DNA of 33,823 nucleotides from Jimgerdemannia flammicorona (Eukaryota): NCBI GenBank assembly GCA_003990765.1, contig RBNJ01000299.1, positions 1 to 33,823 of the forward strand, read 5' to 3'. Shown piece by piece: positions 33,338 to 33,823 of this stretch (position 1 is its first letter; each line of letters starts with the position of its first letter). The notes under the pieces were generated by a model. It saw only the letters and a program-made list of their open reading frames with translations, ran no database searches and was not told where the DNA came from. The position numbers and the translations under genes were made by a program.

Positions 33338-33823
33338 CGGACTGGTGCAGAGGAGGAAAGAGGTGTTGGAATGGGATTGTTTTGATAGAGGGGTCAAGTG
33401 GAGGGAAGAGGAAAGGTATGATATTATTTGTTGGCGAGGTTGCCACTGTACGTTTTATAGGGCAAAAAAAAAAAGGCAGTCCTAATTTCTGATAAGGTGG
33501 GGTCATGATCGTTTGGCGGAACCGCAACCCACCCTTTAATATAAATTTATGTGGAGCCGTTTTTTTATATAACCTACTTTAATAGATAATAGAATAGAAT
33601 AGCAGAAGCTAGTGACCAACCAATAACAATGTCCAATTTCTTATGGTGACTGTCTTTTCCATCCCACCATCCAAATCACTTTGTAGAAGGTGTTTGCGCT
33701 ACATATATAGGACACAATTTTTCAAAAAGGTACTAATCCTGATAGGCCATAAGGCACCTTTTGAAAAATTGCGCCCCATATACAAAATGCGCGACATTTC
33801 GGAACTACTTTTTTTTTTTTTTT

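Noticed and set aside
33338..33397. N-terminal 20-aa extension in the 495-aa ORF call
   Set aside because: It begins at a non-ATG codon, whereas the ATG at 33337 is conserved in paralogues B and C.

Overview
Eukaryotic, fungal-type DNA: GT-AG introns, Zn2Cys6 genes and long A/T homopolymers. An early-diverging lineage such as Mucoromycota is my guess only. The left half (1-17.2 kb) is a nest of retroelements. It holds the 5' part of a relatively intact L1/Tx1-like LINE (minus strand), about 1.2 kb of unassigned sequence, and a Ty3/Gypsy LTR retrotransposon (3715-17189; gag-PR-dUTPase-RT-RNaseH-INT). A full-length second copy of the same LINE is inserted in the Gypsy element with a 16-bp TSD. 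The Gypsy element and the nested LINE are saturated with C>T/G>A transitions. The right half holds four tandem minus-strand paralogues (three pseudogenes, one intact) of an unusual protein: acidic internal repeats, a CX2CX6CX2H half-cluster, a Zn2Cys6 cluster, and a C-terminal segment resembling importin-alpha ARM9-10. Between the paralogues lie an intronless Hbl/Nhe/ApoL-like helical protein gene with a hydrophobic hairpin, a 4-exon dienelactone hydrolase gene and a decayed Gypsy RT relic. All alignments and counts were done by eye; no database searches were run.
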